A stretch of DNA of 64,000 nt from Synergistales bacterium (lineage in GTDB: Bacteria > Synergistota > Synergistia > Synergistales > JAFGMB01), in assembly GCA_963666205.1 (NCBI GenBank), contig OY762654.1, positions 2,272,001 to 2,336,000 of the forward strand. The letters run 5' to 3'. How positions within the stretch are numbered: position 1 is the first letter of the stretch; every line of letters begins with the position of its first letter. The notes beneath the pieces are model-generated. The model ran no database searches, had not been told where the DNA came from, and saw only the letters and a list, made by a program, of their open reading frames with translations. Positions 21,829 through 31,047 of this stretch are shown one piece after another. The translations under genes were made by a program, and so were the position numbers.

Positions 21829-21868
21829 CATATGCCACCCCCCTATTCTCCATACAGGGGTGGCATAT
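21829..21868. terminator. Long stem-loop between convergent genes
   Basis: Inverted repeat CATATGCCACCCC ... GGGGTGGCATATG. Confidence 0.6.
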
Positions 21869-21956
21869 GTGTAAGAAGGATTGGTAAAAGCCTGTTAACG
21901 TGGGCGAAACTCACTAAAGTATCGACCCCTGTCAGCCTGCCGGACAGGTGTTATCT

Positions 21957-22637
21957 TTAAGTAAGGATTTCCATGGTTCCGACTTTGCAGTACGGCGATA
22001 GCCCGGTTACCATTTCCCTGATGTATACAAGGTGGTTTGTTGCGTATTGTGAAGAAATACCTTTTGGAACATAGACAGTGTAAAGGGCCTGGGTTGTGTT
22101 GAATGTTACCTGGGTCCGCTCGTCCGGTCCATAAATTATGCTGGAAATTATGCCTTCCTGGTCAGCCATGAAGATATCTCCCCTTTTGAGAGTCTGTTCT
22201 TTCCCTCCCATGGTTTTGTAAGTCTCCTCTCCCGAGGCTGCATGTACTGTTACTGGAAGAGAAATTTTTGTCATATCATGTACTGCTGTAAGGAGCAGAT
22301 TCTTAAGCTCGGCCATGAACATTATCTGGACAAAGGGAGGGGCCTCGGGAATACTTTTTCCCTTTAATGCCACAGATTCCAGTTGCAGAAGGACATGATA
22401 TGTCTTTTTGAATGTTTTATAGTAATCGGAATAGATCTTTATTTCGGAAATATTTTTGATGTTATTCCTTTGCATCCCTGAATAATTATTACGGAGTTCC
22501 CTTTCCAGTTCTTCTCGCAGAAAGGCCAGTTCAGGGAGACAGGAGGAAAGTTCTGCATTCCTTATCTCAAGAAAACCAGCCATAATGCCCGTCAAGTTAT
22601 TTCGGACCTCCCCGGATATGTAAAAGATCGAAAACAC
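21957..22637 (-). CDS. B3/B4 domain protein (PheRS beta editing-domain-like)
   Basis: YSDYYKTFKKTYHVLLQLESV, MFMAEL, SSIIYGPDERT, ALYTVYVP. Confidence 0.75.
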   Translation of the reverse strand: MFSIFYISGEVRNNLTGIMAGFLEIRNAELSSCLPELAFLREELERELRNNYSGMQRNNIKNISEIKIYSDYYKTFKKTYHVLLQLESVALKGKSIPEAPPFVQIMFMAELKNLLLTAVHDMTKISLPVTVHAASGEETYKTMGGKEQTLKRGDIFMADQEGIISSIIYGPDERTQVTFNTTQALYTVYVPKGISSQYATNHLVYIREMVTGLSPYCKVGTMEILT

Positions 22638-22727
22638 CTCCCTGTTATAGATGCGCTATATATATATTTGTGTATTTATCGTAAACTATTGACATTACCT
22701 GATCGGCCAGGAGGAATATCACTCATA

Positions 22728-23672
22728 ATGCCAGGAAAATCCGACTATCGCGATATCAAAGCATCTATCTTTATGATAATGGCCTGCCTGTTCTGGTCGG
22801 GCACCTTTGTTACAGGTAAAACAGGTGTACTTCAATTTCCGCCCTTCACTTTCGCATTCCTGAGGTTTTTCTTTGCGGTTATTCTTGCTTTTCCTCTGGC
22901 CATGGTTCTTGAAAGGGGTAAATGGAAATTGTCTCTAAAGGAACTACCTCCTGTGTTCCTGATAGGAGCCTTTGGTTTTTTCGGAAACAACCTGCTGTTC
23001 CTGAATGCCTGCAGATATTCTTCTGCAGTGAACCTGGCCTCTATAGCAGCTTCATGTCCTATGATGACGGCTCTTCTGGCTACCTTATTGCTTAAGGAAG
23101 CAATGGATCTAAAAAGGTTTACAGGAATTATTTTTGCTTTTACCGGAGTGCTTCTCGTCCTTTCAGGTGGAGATATTTCAATATTAAGAGATATGTCCTT
23201 TAATTATGGCGATGTTATCCAGACAATAGGGATAGCCCTGCTTGCCATTTACAGCATACTGAGTCGAAAACTGGGTCAGAATTACTCACCCATTGTTATA
23301 GTAGCCTATGGTCTGCTTTTTTCCATGACTGCAACATTCCCGCTTATGATAATGGAGCATCCCTGGACATATTTATTAAAAGCAGATCTTTCAGGTTGGA
23401 TATCGGTCCTGTATCTTTCCTTTCTTGGATCGGTTGCGGCTTATTTCTTTCAGCAGAAAGCCATTAAGCACCTTGGTGCGAGCAGGACTATGGCCTTTAT
23501 GAACCTTATCCCGGTCTTTTCGGTTATTCTTGCTGTAATAATCCTGAAAGAGAATGTAAGCATAACCCAGATAGCAAGTACAGGTCTTATAATACTGGGT
23601 GTATTCCTGAATGCTGGAACAAAAACATCTACTATTGGACACGGACATATTCTCCCTCTGGAAAACAGATAA
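22728..23672 (+). CDS. DMT/EamA family transporter
   Basis: About 10 TM helices in two EamA repeats (FWSGTF, LRF; NLIPVF...ILKE). Confidence 0.9.
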   Translation: MPGKSDYRDIKASIFMIMACLFWSGTFVTGKTGVLQFPPFTFAFLRFFFAVILAFPLAMVLERGKWKLSLKELPPVFLIGAFGFFGNNLLFLNACRYSSAVNLASIAASCPMMTALLATLLLKEAMDLKRFTGIIFAFTGVLLVLSGGDISILRDMSFNYGDVIQTIGIALLAIYSILSRKLGQNYSPIVIVAYGLLFSMTATFPLMIMEHPWTYLLKADLSGWISVLYLSFLGSVAAYFFQQKAIKHLGASRTMAFMNLIPVFSVILAVIILKENVSITQIASTGLIILGVFLNAGTKTSTIGHGHILPLENR

Positions 23673-23701
23673 GGATACGAGATGTCTTTATAAGGTTTTT
23701 C

Positions 23702-24202
23702 CTAGCTTACTTTATCCCAGTCAATGAAATTGAGGAGTATACTGACAAATTTTTCCAGGCCGGCAGCATCTTCGTTATCAAAACGGCCTGTAATAGGGCT
23801 GTCGATATCAAGAACTCCACAAACTTTTCCACCAACTATAATGGGGATAACTATTTCCGAGAGAGAAGCCTCATCGCATGTAATATGTCCTGGAAACTTT
23901 CTGACATCAGGTACTACCAGGGTTTTCATTTTAACAACAGAAGTACCGCATACGCCCTTCCCTTTCTGGATGTGTGTACAAGCAGGTTTCCCCTGGAAGG
24001 GGCCAAGAACAAGTCCGTCTTCCCTGGTGATGTAAAAACCTGCCCAGTTGATGTCGTCCATAAGCAAGAACAGAAGAGCTGCTGAATTAGCAAGGTTTGC
24101 AAGCCAGTCAGGTTCTTTCGATACCAGTTTCTTCAGCTGAATGTTCATGTATTCATAAAATGAAGGTTTATCCTCTGCGAGGATCCCTGCAAATCTTTTC
24201 AT
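23702..24202 (-). CDS. msrC: GAF-domain free methionine-R-sulfoxide reductase
   Basis: NWAGFY, LGPFQGKPAC, GKGVCG, FPGHITCD..S.SEIV, VLDIDSP. Confidence 0.88.
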   Translation of the reverse strand: MKRFAGILAEDKPSFYEYMNIQLKKLVSKEPDWLANLANSAALLFLLMDDINWAGFYITREDGLVLGPFQGKPACTHIQKGKGVCGTSVVKMKTLVVPDVRKFPGHITCDEASLSEIVIPIIVGGKVCGVLDIDSPITGRFDNEDAAGLEKFVSILLNFIDWDKVS

Positions 24203-24362
24203 ATTCGTATACCTCCCTGAAAAGCATTGAACTCAAGATTCGATTCTCAGGTTGTAAGGGATCTCAGCGTTTCTGTCGAAATATGTTGCCTGAAGGTTCT
24301 ATGCTTTTCCATTATGTATAAAATCTCGTTTGTTATCCTGAAATAAAAGTAATTTATTGTGG

Positions 24363-24980
24363 TCATGTCTTTTTCCTTTTCCCGTAAAGATCACTGACGT
24401 GATTAAAGGGATATTTGATCTTTGGCAGGGGGGATACTTTATTATGAGGGGTTTCTTGTATCTCTATCCGGCTCATAAGATCAGAAGCAAGATGCTGGCC
24501 AAAATCCATGCCTCTTTCCTGTGAAGGGAAAGACATAAGAAAGTATTTGTTACCTCCAGTTGTTACAAGAGCCAAATCCCATTCTTCCTGTTTAATGGAT
24601 ACAAATATGTTATGGATAAACTTTTTTTCCAACAGAATTGCATGGATCTCCATGAAGGTTCCCCTTTTCTTTTTCAATGGCAGAAAAGGACCCCACCAGA
24701 GAATAAAAATCTGGGAAGAATAAAATATATTTATATTCGGATACTTAAGGGCAATAAGAGCCCAGTATATGCCCAGAGCCATAATGGGCCATAGATGTTC
24801 CCTCCCGGCAAGAAGGCTCCCTGCGCCACTGAAAAACACTCCAATACCAATAATGCCTAGGAACATCTTTGGATAATTCCTGTATTTGATTATCCTGCAG
24901 CCAGCGTCAAAGTATCTCTTCATTATTGAAGTCACTGCCTTATTTTGCTTCAACATGGTACCACTTGGACATATGATCAC
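24363..24980 (-). CDS. Hypothetical membrane protein (start uncertain)
   Basis: 205-aa ORF with two adjacent TM segments followed by a soluble region. Confidence 0.55.
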   Translation of the reverse strand: MIICPSGTMLKQNKAVTSIMKRYFDAGCRIIKYRNYPKMFLGIIGIGVFFSGAGSLLAGREHLWPIMALGIYWALIALKYPNINIFYSSQIFILWWGPFLPLKKKRGTFMEIHAILLEKKFIHNIFVSIKQEEWDLALVTTGGNKYFLMSFPSQERGMDFGQHLASDLMSRIEIQETPHNKVSPLPKIKYPFNHVSDLYGKRKKT

Positions 24981-25542
24981 TCCAAATTATAAGAGTAATA
25001 TCATTCCTTTTCAAGTTCAGATATTTAACTGATTAAAAAGTTTTTGTCTCCAGGTTTTTTTGTTCTGTCAAGTCAGTGAAAAAACTGGTTATTTTCTCTC
25101 GTTAAAGTTTCATGCAGAGAAAAACGTATTCCATTTTTCCTGCTGTTATTCGTTGCTGTCATTCTGAGGACTATCAGGTACAAGCTGTTTAACTTGAGCA
25201 TCAGCTGGGAAAAGAGGTTTTTCTCCCTTTTCTTCAAGGATCCTTATTGAATGAAAGACAGGTAAATGTGAGCAGACCAGGAATACCCTTTGCTCTTAAT
25301 CTGTCTTATATAATCCTTATCTATCGTCCTTTTGAACAGGAGCATTGCAGGGAACACTATCCATATGAACCTTGTCCCGGAACCAGTAGTCCTTCAGACC
25401 TATATGGATTGAACAAAGAGTCCCTCCGGAGTTGTGTGTTTTGGATTATTTCAGATGACATCCTGGTCCCGTAGCCTCTTCCATAAAGATGTTACAGTTA
25501 TTACGTCAAAGACAAAGACCCTTGAGAAAAAAATATTTGAAA

Positions 25543-25641
25543 GCTTGAAAGCGAAAAGGCAAAACCGTCGAGAGGCGGTGACGCAAAGCCACGGGTCTCC
25601 AGTTTCTTCAGGAAGAGACAGCCGGGTTACCGAAATTAAGC
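25543..25641 (+). ncRNA. Cyclic di-GMP-I (GEMM) riboswitch
   Basis: GGCAAAACCGTC-GAGA-GGCGGTGACGCAAAGCCACGGGTCT...GACAGCCGGGTTACCGA matches the GEMM core; G at the G20-equivalent position implies c-di-GMP rather than cAMP-GMP. Confidence 0.93.
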
Positions 25642-25650
25642 AAAAATCGG

Positions 25651-25689
25651 AAAGCCTTCAGGTTACAGGACTGAAGGCTTTCATTTTTT
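25651..25689 (+). terminator. Terminator of the riboswitch expression platform
   Basis: AAAGCCTTCAG-loop-CTGAAGGCTTT followed by CATTTTTT, between the aptamer and the gene. Confidence 0.85.
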
Positions 25690-25746
25690 CGATCAGGGGA
25701 TTGAATTTCAGGAAGGTTTCTTCCAGAGAGGTCGGGGGTGTTCTTG

Positions 25747-26283
25747 ATGGCTCTAAAAAATGTAGCCGAAGCCTGGTCCATTCTCCAGCAGGAAATTGAA
25801 AATCAATCCGATGCAGGTTTAGAGATGGGTACCATTGTAAAAGGCAATAAGACTATTGACGAGATACGAAATGTAAGGAGAGATCCCAAAGCAGAGGCCA
25901 TAAAAGCCCTTGCGAGCGGTTTCTCTGTGGAAGATCCTGTGACTGTACCTAAGCAGGAGATCGAGGGAAACATGGTGCCTTACGATATGCCCCCCATTGA
26001 TCCCAGGGATATGGTTGAAGAGGGGGCAGTCGATCTCCACGATTCTCACATAATTCCCCCGGTGTCTACAGAACAGGAAGACCAGTTGAATGAAAGAAGG
26101 GGAGATATAAAAATGAAAAAAAGTATAAGGATCCGTAAAAATGGTGAGCAGGTTAACGTAAGAGTTTTCGTTGGTGAAGAAGAATTCTGCGGTATGTGTC
26201 TTACCTGCGGGTCAGAAAATGCCATTTCTCTGGGTGGAGCAAGATTAATGATCCAGGGTGACGAAACGATACTGGAGATATAA
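25747..26283 (+). CDS. Hypothetical protein under c-di-GMP riboswitch control
   Basis: Open frame directly downstream of the riboswitch with GGGGGTG RBS; C-terminal CxxCxxC. Confidence 0.7.
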   Translation: MALKNVAEAWSILQQEIENQSDAGLEMGTIVKGNKTIDEIRNVRRDPKAEAIKALASGFSVEDPVTVPKQEIEGNMVPYDMPPIDPRDMVEEGAVDLHDSHIIPPVSTEQEDQLNERRGDIKMKKSIRIRKNGEQVNVRVFVGEEEFCGMCLTCGSENAISLGGARLMIQGDETILEI

Positions 26284-26404
26284 ATATCTTTATCTATCAG
26301 GTTTTGATATTTCCTGCGCAATATTATCTAGCCTTATAAATCTTTTCAATATGAATTTTAGTTGCTTTCATAGAGTCCTCCACTCATGAAAGATCATTCA
26401 CCCT

Positions 26405-26435
26405 GAGACCCGGTTTTGCCGGGTCTTTCTTTTTC
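26405..26435 (+). terminator. Intrinsic terminator
   Basis: GAGACCCGG-TTTTG-CCGGGTCTT plus T-rich tail. Confidence 0.7.
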
Positions 26436-26503
26436 TTCAAAGTCAATTCGGGTTATAATCCAATTTAATTCAATCTGATCATATAGACAGGAGGTTCCTT
26501 GCG

Positions 26504-26962
26504 ATGGAGGAATATACCGTAGATAGTATTTCTCAACGAGTTCATGATCTTTATTGGCTGGAAGATATGAATTGTGCAGTTACGACACTGATCATCCTTT
26601 CAGGGATCTTTGGTATCCCGGTTCATTCCCAGGTACTGAGTGGTGCCTGCGGAATGCATGGTGCAGGCAAATTCGGAGCCCAGTGTGGTCTGGTTGAGGG
26701 AACACTTATGTTTTTAGGTATATTGGGTAAAAATAATGGGTTAAATAAGGAGGAAATTGAAAAATGGTGTTATGAATATGCTTCCCGGTTTCAGAAGGTT
26801 TTTGGTTCTCTGTTATGCAGAGTTCTTCGTCCACAGGGCTTTAAAAGTTCTAATCCTCCACATATTTGTGAAGATATGACGGTTAAAAGCATTATATTCT
26901 CTGCAGACTTTATCTCTGGTTCTATTGCTGGAAATACAAAATCATTCGACAACTCCAAATGA
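26504..26962 (+). CDS. C-GCAxxG-C-C family putative redox-active protein
   Basis: NCA, GMHGAGKFGAQCGLVEG, FGSLLC, HICE. Confidence 0.85.
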   Translation: MEEYTVDSISQRVHDLYWLEDMNCAVTTLIILSGIFGIPVHSQVLSGACGMHGAGKFGAQCGLVEGTLMFLGILGKNNGLNKEEIEKWCYEYASRFQKVFGSLLCRVLRPQGFKSSNPPHICEDMTVKSIIFSADFISGSIAGNTKSFDNSK

Positions 26963-27781
26963 TCGTGGAGCTCTGGGGAATGTGCCCTGATCCCATTTGT
27001 GTTCTGTCTTTTCCATATCTGAGTCGCTTTTCAGGAAATTAGCATAGTTCAGGTGATGTTTCTTCATGATGATGCCTTCCTGAAGATCATCATAGGTGGC
27101 ATCAAGATGATACCATTTGCCTTCAAGTTCGACCATGTTCCACATATGGTTCCCACCCGATACGATAATATTTTTGAATCCTAACCCTTCCAGCATCCTG
27201 TAGAGAAGAAGGGCATATCCCTGGCATACGGCTTTGCCTTTAAGAGCATGGTATCCTCCATGTCGGGCATAAAATTGATCATAGGTGATATTTCTGATAA
27301 CCCATTCATAGACGGTCCGGATCCTTTCTAGATCTGTCATGTCAGGTTCGATTATATTCCAGGCTATCTTTTCAGCCTTCTTTTTAACATAGTCCCTTTC
27401 CTTTCTTGTTTCCTGATAATATATCCGGATCTTAACCTTCCTGGAACCTCCAGGATTTTCGTGAATATAATATTCCCAGTAATTTGCTGAGTTTTTAAGA
27501 TAATAGTCGGAACTATTCTGAAAGGCGTAAGAAATAGCATTTCCAAGTTCAGAAAGAGATAGTCTGTATCCATTGACTTCGATCTGAAGTTTACTCTCAC
27601 CCTTGTCGATCATTTCCTGGAGAATTGCGGAAAAATCTTCCTTTCCTGAAGAAAAAGCGATAGCATGATCTGTCCAGGTTCTTCTGTATAGAATCGGCTG
27701 AGGCAGATCCTGCCTGATCAGGAAAAACCATACTGCAGAAATCAGAATTAAAATTATTCCAGGCAGAAAGATCTTTTTCAA
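26942..27781 (-). CDS. Transglutaminase-like domain protein (membrane-anchored/secreted)
   Basis: Catalytic-triad motifs AVCQGYA, HMWN and WYHLDATYD; N-terminal TM. Confidence 0.88.
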   Translation of the reverse strand: MKKIFLPGIILILISAVWFFLIRQDLPQPILYRRTWTDHAIAFSSGKEDFSAILQEMIDKGESKLQIEVNGYRLSLSELGNAISYAFQNSSDYYLKNSANYWEYYIHENPGGSRKVKIRIYYQETRKERDYVKKKAEKIAWNIIEPDMTDLERIRTVYEWVIRNITYDQFYARHGGYHALKGKAVCQGYALLLYRMLEGLGFKNIIVSGGNHMWNMVELEGKWYHLDATYDDLQEGIIMKKHHLNYANFLKSDSDMEKTEHKWDQGTFPRAPRSFGVVE

Positions 27782-27931
27782 TTGCGACCTCCGTCTGAAA
27801 AAGGATAGTATTCTTGTTTTTAGATTAACTTAAGGTAATCTTTCTTAAATCTCTGTATTTTTAAAAAAGGCAAAATACTTTCAGCTTATGACAAAATGCT
27901 CCTAGATCCCGGCTGAGGTGCTAGCATAGCA

Positions 27932-29014
27932 TTAAAGATCTTCCTGGTGGTCTATCCTAAAGGGCTGAAAGTTACCTCCGCAGGGTGTTCCATCACTAAT
28001 CCAGATCGTCTTTTCTTCCAAATCCATGATAATGGAATAGACAGAACACAATCTTTTACCTTCAGGGTCAAAGGCATCTTCATGTCGGCATATTGAATCA
28101 GGTCTATTTAGATGATCGGCTAAAAATGTCTGACATTGATCGAAATTAATATTACCTGAGGTTGAAGACAGAAGCACATTGATTCTTCCTAGCCTGTGAA
28201 AAGTGTCTGGTAATATAACTTTCCCGAAATCATTTTCTCTACAAACCAGATTCATTGATAAAAAATGATTAGTATGAGCAATGTAGCCTTCTTCTGCATA
28301 TAAAACCCCGAAATCTGAGGGAGTAGATTCAATGTTGATGATTTCTCCATCTTCAGTTCCGATGAGAAAATTCCCGGAGCTCGCACGTCTAGCAGTGGCT
28401 ATAGATTGGACGGCATCTCCAAGAGTTTCAGAATCAAGCATCTTCCTCAGGAGTATATGAACCGGAACTCCAGACTGACCTTTTCCAGTAGAAAGTGCAT
28501 TAAAACACGTTCCAAGCCCTGAAGAGTTCAAACCTTTGCCACTGATTATTCCTGCTTCTGCAACCATAAGAATAGCAGGTAGTGGATCTTGATGGAGTTC
28601 TACTATCACTAATGTTTCTTCTTGACGTTTAATCCAATCCCAATTCTGGCATACGTATGTTCTATCGTTCAGGGAGTAACGCGGTGTGACGCCAAAAGCG
28701 GTACAGCCGTCTATGTCCGTATCTAATACTATTTCACTTCTGGAGTTAAGAGTAAGAATATCCTTGAATGAGAGATTGGCTCCTTCAGATATTCCTTCCA
28801 TTTCTTTTATCAGATCAGGGTAGTTATTCTGGATCCACGGAAGGAAATTCATTGCCAGAGACTGTGCCTTATTCCATTCCAGCCTGGAAAAAGCCTGAAA
28901 CATGTCAGCATAGTTACTTATGCTTTTTTCTATCATTGTTTTACACGTTGTTCCGTATTTGAGGCCTCTTTCAAAGGGAGTCCCCTCGAGTTTAATTTTA
29001 CGATATTTGCCCAA
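27932..29014 (-). CDS. C45 family autoproteolytic acyltransferase/hydrolase (Ntn-hydrolase)
   Basis: ERGLKYG, LNSRSE, G|CTAFG autocleavage site, QNWDW, HTNHF, SICRH. Confidence 0.9.
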   Translation of the reverse strand: MGKYRKIKLEGTPFERGLKYGTTCKTMIEKSISNYADMFQAFSRLEWNKAQSLAMNFLPWIQNNYPDLIKEMEGISEGANLSFKDILTLNSRSEIVLDTDIDGCTAFGVTPRYSLNDRTYVCQNWDWIKRQEETLVIVELHQDPLPAILMVAEAGIISGKGLNSSGLGTCFNALSTGKGQSGVPVHILLRKMLDSETLGDAVQSIATARRASSGNFLIGTEDGEIINIESTPSDFGVLYAEEGYIAHTNHFLSMNLVCRENDFGKVILPDTFHRLGRINVLLSSTSGNINFDQCQTFLADHLNRPDSICRHEDAFDPEGKRLCSVYSIIMDLEEKTIWISDGTPCGGNFQPFRIDHQEDL

Positions 29015-29106
29015 TTTTATCCCATCCTTTCGGAATTTATTAATTTGCTGCTTCTGAATCTGGATGTAGTTGAAGTTCAGGATTTTAAAAGAAATATATC
29101 ACTAAG

Positions 29107-29163
29107 TTGACAAATTTGTGTATATTCTGTAATGATTTAATCCGGAGGTCAGAGGTCAGACCA
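29107..29163 (+). promoter_or_regulatory. Sigma70 promoter with FadR-type operator
   Basis: TTGACA at 29107; GGTCAGAGGTCAGACCA (29147-29163) resembles FadR-subfamily TGGTCnGACCA sites. Confidence 0.6.
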
Positions 29164-29233
29164 ACGTATATAATAGCATTCCCCCTGTATTTAGTAAATT
29201 TAGGTTTTTGATATTTAGAGGAGATGGCTTTTT

Positions 29234-29986
29234 ATGGATATGAGTTTCAATAAAATCCCTAGAATGACTGTAACTGAAGTCATAGTGGATCAGATTAAAG
29301 AAAAAATACTAAGTGGAGATCTGGTACCTGGCCAGCAGCTGCCTCCTGAAAGAATACTTGCTGAGATGCTGTCCGTCGGTAGAACCTCAGTAAGAGAAGC
29401 AATCAAGGCACTTCAGCATATGGGAATACTTGAGGTCCGGAGTGGTGAAGGAACTTTTCTCTGTTCAAATCTTTCTCTTTTATCAGATCATTTCAAAGCA
29501 TCCTATCTTCTTAAACATTTTTCTGTCCTTGAGCTGGTTGAAGCTCGAACTGTGATTGAGGCGGCAACCGCCTTTTTCGCTGCCGAGAGATCAACTCAAC
29601 AAGAAAAAGAAGCCCTTAAAGAGATCTTTCAGGGAGCAGCCAATAGTTTGGAAAATGTATCAGATTTTCTAAATGCGGATTTTCTTTTTCATCAGAAAAT
29701 TGCAGAGATGAGTCAGAATTCAGTTTTATTGGAAATGTTCAAGGCGATGCGGGAGCTTACCCTGGAAGAGAATCTGGATGTGATTAAAAAACGTGGCCAG
29801 ATGCAATCTGCATTGGAATACCACAAAGAAATACTTGATGCAATTCTTTCAGATAATCCTTCAGAAGCCAGGAAAATAATGTTAATTCATCTTGCAAATC
29901 TTAAAGACAGGATAAAGGAGATATGCAAGGAACATCTTGAAGAGCGCCTGAAGGAAGGAGGGGATTACAAGGGAGTAATACATTAG
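29234..29986 (+). CDS. FadR/GntR family transcriptional regulator
   Basis: LPPERILAEMLSVGRTSVREA, GEGTF, FCD domain. Confidence 0.93.
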   Translation: MDMSFNKIPRMTVTEVIVDQIKEKILSGDLVPGQQLPPERILAEMLSVGRTSVREAIKALQHMGILEVRSGEGTFLCSNLSLLSDHFKASYLLKHFSVLELVEARTVIEAATAFFAAERSTQQEKEALKEIFQGAANSLENVSDFLNADFLFHQKIAEMSQNSVLLEMFKAMRELTLEENLDVIKKRGQMQSALEYHKEILDAILSDNPSEARKIMLIHLANLKDRIKEICKEHLEERLKEGGDYKGVIH

Positions 29987-30025
29987 AAGTTCAGAAAAAT
30001 TTATTAAGATGGAGGTGGAGCACTT

Positions 30026-31000
30026 TTGTCGAAGTATAAGGTGTTTATGACAGATACTATTTTTCCAGACACCAGTATTGAAGAAAAAGAACTATCCAGT
30101 ATCGATGCGGAATTAGTAGTTTCTTCAGCAAATGATCCCCGGACATTTATTGAAGAAGGCAGGGACTGTGATGCCATGCTGATCGTCTATGCTCCTGTAG
30201 GAGCAGAGGTTATCAGCGCACTTGAGAAATGCAGGGTAATGGTAAGAACGGGAATCGGAGTTAATAATATCGATATTGAGGCTGCAAGTGCAAAGAAGAT
30301 TATGGTTGCAAACGTGCCTGATTATTGTGTAGATGAAGTGGCTGACCATACATTCTCTCTTTTCCTTTGTGGAGTCAGAAAGATATCCTACCTTAACCAG
30401 AAGGTCAAGTCAGGTGTCTGGAATGTTAATGAGGCAAAACCTATTCCCAGGCTGAGGGGTAAGAAATATGGCCTTTTAGGCTGTGGGGCTATAGGACAGC
30501 AGGTTGCGACAAGAGCAAAGGCCTTTGGTATGGAGGTCCATGGTTATGATCCTTTCCTTTCTGATGAAAAATTTGCTGAACTAGGCATAATAAAGGTTGA
30601 AACTCTTGAGGAATTTTTCCCCCGGGTCGATTTCTTTTCTTTGCACGTACCTCTTACTGAGACCACACACCATATGATTAACAGGAATACTCTCCAACAG
30701 ATGAAATCCAGCGCATTTTTCGTCAACACCTCAAGGGGACCTCTAGTCAACGAGGAGGATCTATATGAAGCATTGTCGAACAAGGTTATAGCAGGGGCAG
30801 CTCTTGATGTCCTGAATACTGAACCGCCTGAAATGCCATTTTTGCTGTCGGAACTGGAAAATGTGATTCTTACTCCTCATGCTGCTTTTGTTTCAGAAGA
30901 TGCAATTCCGGAGCTTCGCCGGAAGGCTGCACAGGAGATAGCACGGACTCTGACAGAGGGTAAACCCAAATTCTGGGTAAACAGGAAAAGTTTTTCGTAA
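30026..31000 (+). CDS. D-isomer-specific 2-hydroxyacid dehydrogenase (CtBP-like)
   Basis: NVPDYCVDEVADH, GCGAIG, HVPLT, VNTSRG, ALDV..EP, LTPHAAF. Confidence 0.9.
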   Translation: MSKYKVFMTDTIFPDTSIEEKELSSIDAELVVSSANDPRTFIEEGRDCDAMLIVYAPVGAEVISALEKCRVMVRTGIGVNNIDIEAASAKKIMVANVPDYCVDEVADHTFSLFLCGVRKISYLNQKVKSGVWNVNEAKPIPRLRGKKYGLLGCGAIGQQVATRAKAFGMEVHGYDPFLSDEKFAELGIIKVETLEEFFPRVDFFSLHVPLTETTHHMINRNTLQQMKSSAFFVNTSRGPLVNEEDLYEALSNKVIAGAALDVLNTEPPEMPFLLSELENVILTPHAAFVSEDAIPELRRKAAQEIARTLTEGKPKFWVNRKSFS

Positions 31001-31047
31001 ACTGAATTTAAAGATTTATTTTATTCGTAAGTGGAGGGATATATTTT

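Noticed and set aside
25340-25410. Possible c-di-GMP-II riboswitch (GGAACCAGTAGTCC)
   Set aside because: Only a short partial match; the GUGCAACC end and the pseudoknot partner GGGCAC are absent.
26504-26962. Selenocysteine in the C-GCAxxG-C-C protein or the hydrogenase large subunit
   Set aside because: All motif positions are Cys codons and both ORFs are complete.
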